A stretch of 64,000 bases of DNA from the human T2T-CHM13v2.0 reference genome, Homo sapiens. The stretch spans positions 39,872,001 to 39,936,000 of the forward strand of contig CP068257.2 of the NCBI GenBank assembly GCA_009914755.4, given 5' to 3'. Made by a program: the position numbers and the translations under genes. The notes under the pieces are model-generated. The model was not told the origin of the DNA, did not search any database, and was given only the letters and a program-made list of their open reading frames with translations. This document shows, one piece after another, positions 61,510 to 64,000 of the stretch. Positions within the stretch are counted from its first letter, which is position 1. Every line of letters begins with the position of its first letter.

Positions 61510-62569
61510 ACCATTTCCCTGCTTCTGTGGGTCTTTATTTCTGAAGGCTCTCGTGTGACATAAACCTGACACTAAATAATTTTGTATGCTTTTCTCTTCT
61601 TACATCTGTCTTTCGTTATAGGGGTTTGGGCCGTGAACCTAGCGATGGGTGAGAAAAATATATTACTTTTTCTCCCCTATTAGATTTTAAAGGAAAAGGC
61701 ATAAGCAGGGATAAAGAACTCCATATAAGAATAAAATGGCAATCTACGATCTTTTAAAGGATACATGTAACATATATTAAAATTGATTACATAACATGTT
61801 ACAAAGTATGTAAGTACTTTGTAAGGAAACAATTAATAGAGTTCCCTATACAAGCTAGTAAATGTAATAGAAACCTACAAAACAATAAAGAGAATCAATC
61901 AAACTGGTTCTTAAAATGAACAAAAAGCATAAAATAGATAATTTCCCATCAAGACTGACCAAAGAAACAAGAGGAAAGGCACAAACTACGTAAGAATAAT
62001 AGGGAAGATAAAAAGAGAGATTAAACATTTTAACAAAATATATACATGACTTTATATTTGTACATTTTAAAACTTGCACAAAATGTGTACACTTCTAAAA
62101 AAAAAACCAAATCGCCAGAATTAACTCAAGAAGAAAGTAAAAGCCTGAGTAAATCAATGCAACCACTAAAGAAATTGAATCTGCATCAAATACCTCCTTA
62201 CAGCCTAAAAAGATACTAAGCCCAAATTTACAGAATTTTTTTTCTTTTATCAAGAATTCAAAGAACGCTTATCTTATGCAAACAGTTACATAGACTAGAA
62301 AAGAAAGTTGAAGCATTTTGGGTCTGAACACCAAAACCAAATGAAAGCAGTGTAAGTTAGATACTAATTTCAATTATGAACTTAGATGCAAATATTTTAT
62401 TTACATACATAAATAAAATATCAGCAAACTAGATCCAGCAGTATATATTTAAAAAACTTAAGACCAAGTAGGATTTATCATAGCAATGCAAAAGTCTATT
62501 AATTTTATAAACTATCTTTACAGATGCTCTCTATTGCCAGTTCTAGTCAATATTGTGCTAGATTCTAGC

Positions 62570-63135
62570 AAGCAAGCAAGCAAGCAAGCAAGAAAGAAAA
62601 GAAACTGGAGGGAAGGAAGAAAGGGAGGCAGGGAGGAAGGGAAAGGAGGGAAGGAAGGAAGGAAGGGAAAGAAAGAAAGAGAAGGAAGAAAGGAGAGAGA
62701 GAGGGAGGGAGGGAAAGAAAGAAAGAAGGAAAGAAAGAGAGAGAGAGAAAAAGAAAGAGGAAAGAAAGAAAGAAAAGGGAAAGAAAGGAAAGAAAAGAAA
62801 GAAAAAAGAAAGAAAGGGAAAGAAAGGAAAGGAAAGAAAAAAGAAAGAAAGAGAAAAACTGGAGGAGAGGAAGGAAGGGAGGGAGGGAGGGAGGGAAAGG
62901 AGGGAAGGAAGGGAAAGAAAGAAGGAAGGAAGGAGAGAGAGAGGGAAAGAAAAGGAAAGGAAAGAAAGAAGAAAAAGAAAAAGAAAGAAAGGAAGGAAGG
63001 AAAAGAAAGGAAAGGAAAGGAAAGGAAAGGAAAGGAAAGAAAGAAGAAAAAGAAAAAGAAAGAAAGGAAGGAAGGAAAAGAAAGGAAAGGAAAGGAAAGG
63101 AAAGGAAAGGAAAGGAAAGGAGGAAGGAAGGGTTA
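62570..63135. repeat. Large (about 570 bp) polypurine microsatellite of (GGAA)n/(GAAA)n/(AAGG)n. It includes perfect (GGAAA)7-8 runs.
   Basis: agcaagcaagcaagcaagcaagaaagaaaag..ggaaggaaggaagggaaagaaagaaag.. and further on ..aggaaaggaaaggaaaggaaaggaaaggaaaggaaagg. It is essentially 100% purine on the + strand. The long ORFs reported here (62486..63136 +, 62558..63238 -) are translation artefacts of the repeat. Confidence 0.95.
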
Positions 63136-63139
63136 AATC

Positions 63140-63530
63140 AAGTTTAGCCTCAAGCTGCTCCTTACGTATTTTAAGTTCAGCCCAAAGGTTTCTCTGTACC
63201 TGGTGACTATAACCTAAATGGAGTTGTAAGCAGACCATAGCCTACTCTAGTGCCAGTCACTGAGTTTTGGCCGATCAAAGGTGGCCAACTGTTCGAACCA
63301 TGTTCAAATAAGGCAAATGCCGAGCTGTAACCAAGGTGGCTATTTCTGTACCTCGCTTCTGTTTTCTGTATGTCACTTTCCTTTTCCTGTCCTTAAATTG
63401 TCTTCCACCACGTGGCTGTGCCGGAGTCTCCGAGCCTACTCTGGCTTGGGAGGCTGCCCCATTTGCAAGCTCAATTAAACTTTGCTCAATTAAACTCTGT
63501 TAACTTTAGTGGCTAAGGTTTTTTTTTTTT
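63140..63530 (+). mobile_element. Possible LTR-like element adjoining the polypurine tract. It has a duplicated ..CAATTAAACT.. (ATTAAA poly-A-signal variant) and ends in a T-run. The family is unassigned.
   Basis: ..gagcctactctggcttgggaggctgccccatttgcaagctcaattaaactttgctcaattaaactctgttaactttagtggctaaggttttttttttt. Confidence 0.25.
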
Positions 63531-64000
63531 AGAAGAAAGGAAAGGAGGAAGGAATTAGAAAGGAATACGAAAAGCTGTCATTATATGCAGTAGATATAAC
63601 TGGCTACTAGAAAATGCAAGAGAATGTACGACTACTAGCACTAACAAGAGAGTCTAGCAAGGTTTTGGATACACAACCAGCATATAAAAATTAGCAGCAG
63701 GTGTTTACACCCCACAATGTAATCCAAAAAAGGATTCCATATAATTGCAGCAAAAATTATTTGATCCCTAAATCTAACAAAAAATCTGCAAGAGAAAACT
63801 TAAAGCTGATTTAAATAAAAACATACCACGCTAATAAACAGAAAGACTCAATATCATAATGATGTCAATTCTGTTCTTTCCAAATGAATCTGCAAATGCA
63901 ATGCCATTTTGAGCAAAGTTTCTAAGGGCTTTCCAAGTGTCTTGCCAAGCTGATTATAAAATTCATATGAAAATTAGAAGTCCAAGAGTTTTAAAGAGGG

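Noticed and set aside
62486-63238. ORFs of 216 aa and 226 aa (K/E/R/G-rich and S/F/L/P-rich).
   Set aside because: They are pure translations of the (GGAA/GAAA)n polypurine microsatellite and its complement, not genes.

Overview
This window is human genomic DNA, not prokaryotic. The interspersed Alu, L1, MaLR and ERV elements and a CpG island make that clear. I recognise it with high confidence as the 5' half of TMPRSS2 (chr21q22.3) with its upstream flank. The gene lies on the minus strand of the window. The minus strand carries canonical exon 1 (the 5'UTR exon used in TMPRSS2-ERG fusions), a second alternative first exon 130 bp downstream that encodes the isoform-1 N-terminal extension MPPAPPGGESGCEERGAAG, and coding exons 2 to 5. 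Exon 2 holds the start codon, exon 3 the N-terminal cytoplasmic tail, exon 4 the transmembrane helix and exon 5 the LDL-receptor class A domain. Exon 6 is not in the window. All splice junctions I could check are canonical GT/AG. Coordinates above about 25.7 kb are the intergenic region upstream of TMPRSS2, covering roughly -0 to -38 kb. Roughly 40 to 45% of the window is repeat, by eye. I list 31 full-length and 4 partial Alu elements, several of them with intact target-site duplications. There are an old and a young L1 3' end, MaLR LTRs, and a degenerate ERVL-type provirus interior whose pol reads RT, RNase H, integrase, dUTPase. I also note microsatellites and a 570-bp GGAA/GAAA polypurine tract. 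I found no protein-coding gene other than TMPRSS2 and no RNA genes I could support. I found no prokaryotic-style 'system', and I do not think one exists here. The findings are instead about regulatory and structural features of a well-known locus. They include a candidate androgen-response element with an adjacent forkhead motif about 14 kb upstream of the TSS, an inverted repeat flanking exon 3, and tightly juxtaposed inverted Alus. All coordinates for repeats are approximate (about ±10 bp). Exon boundaries were derived base-by-base from splice-site context and my memory of the TMPRSS2 cDNA.
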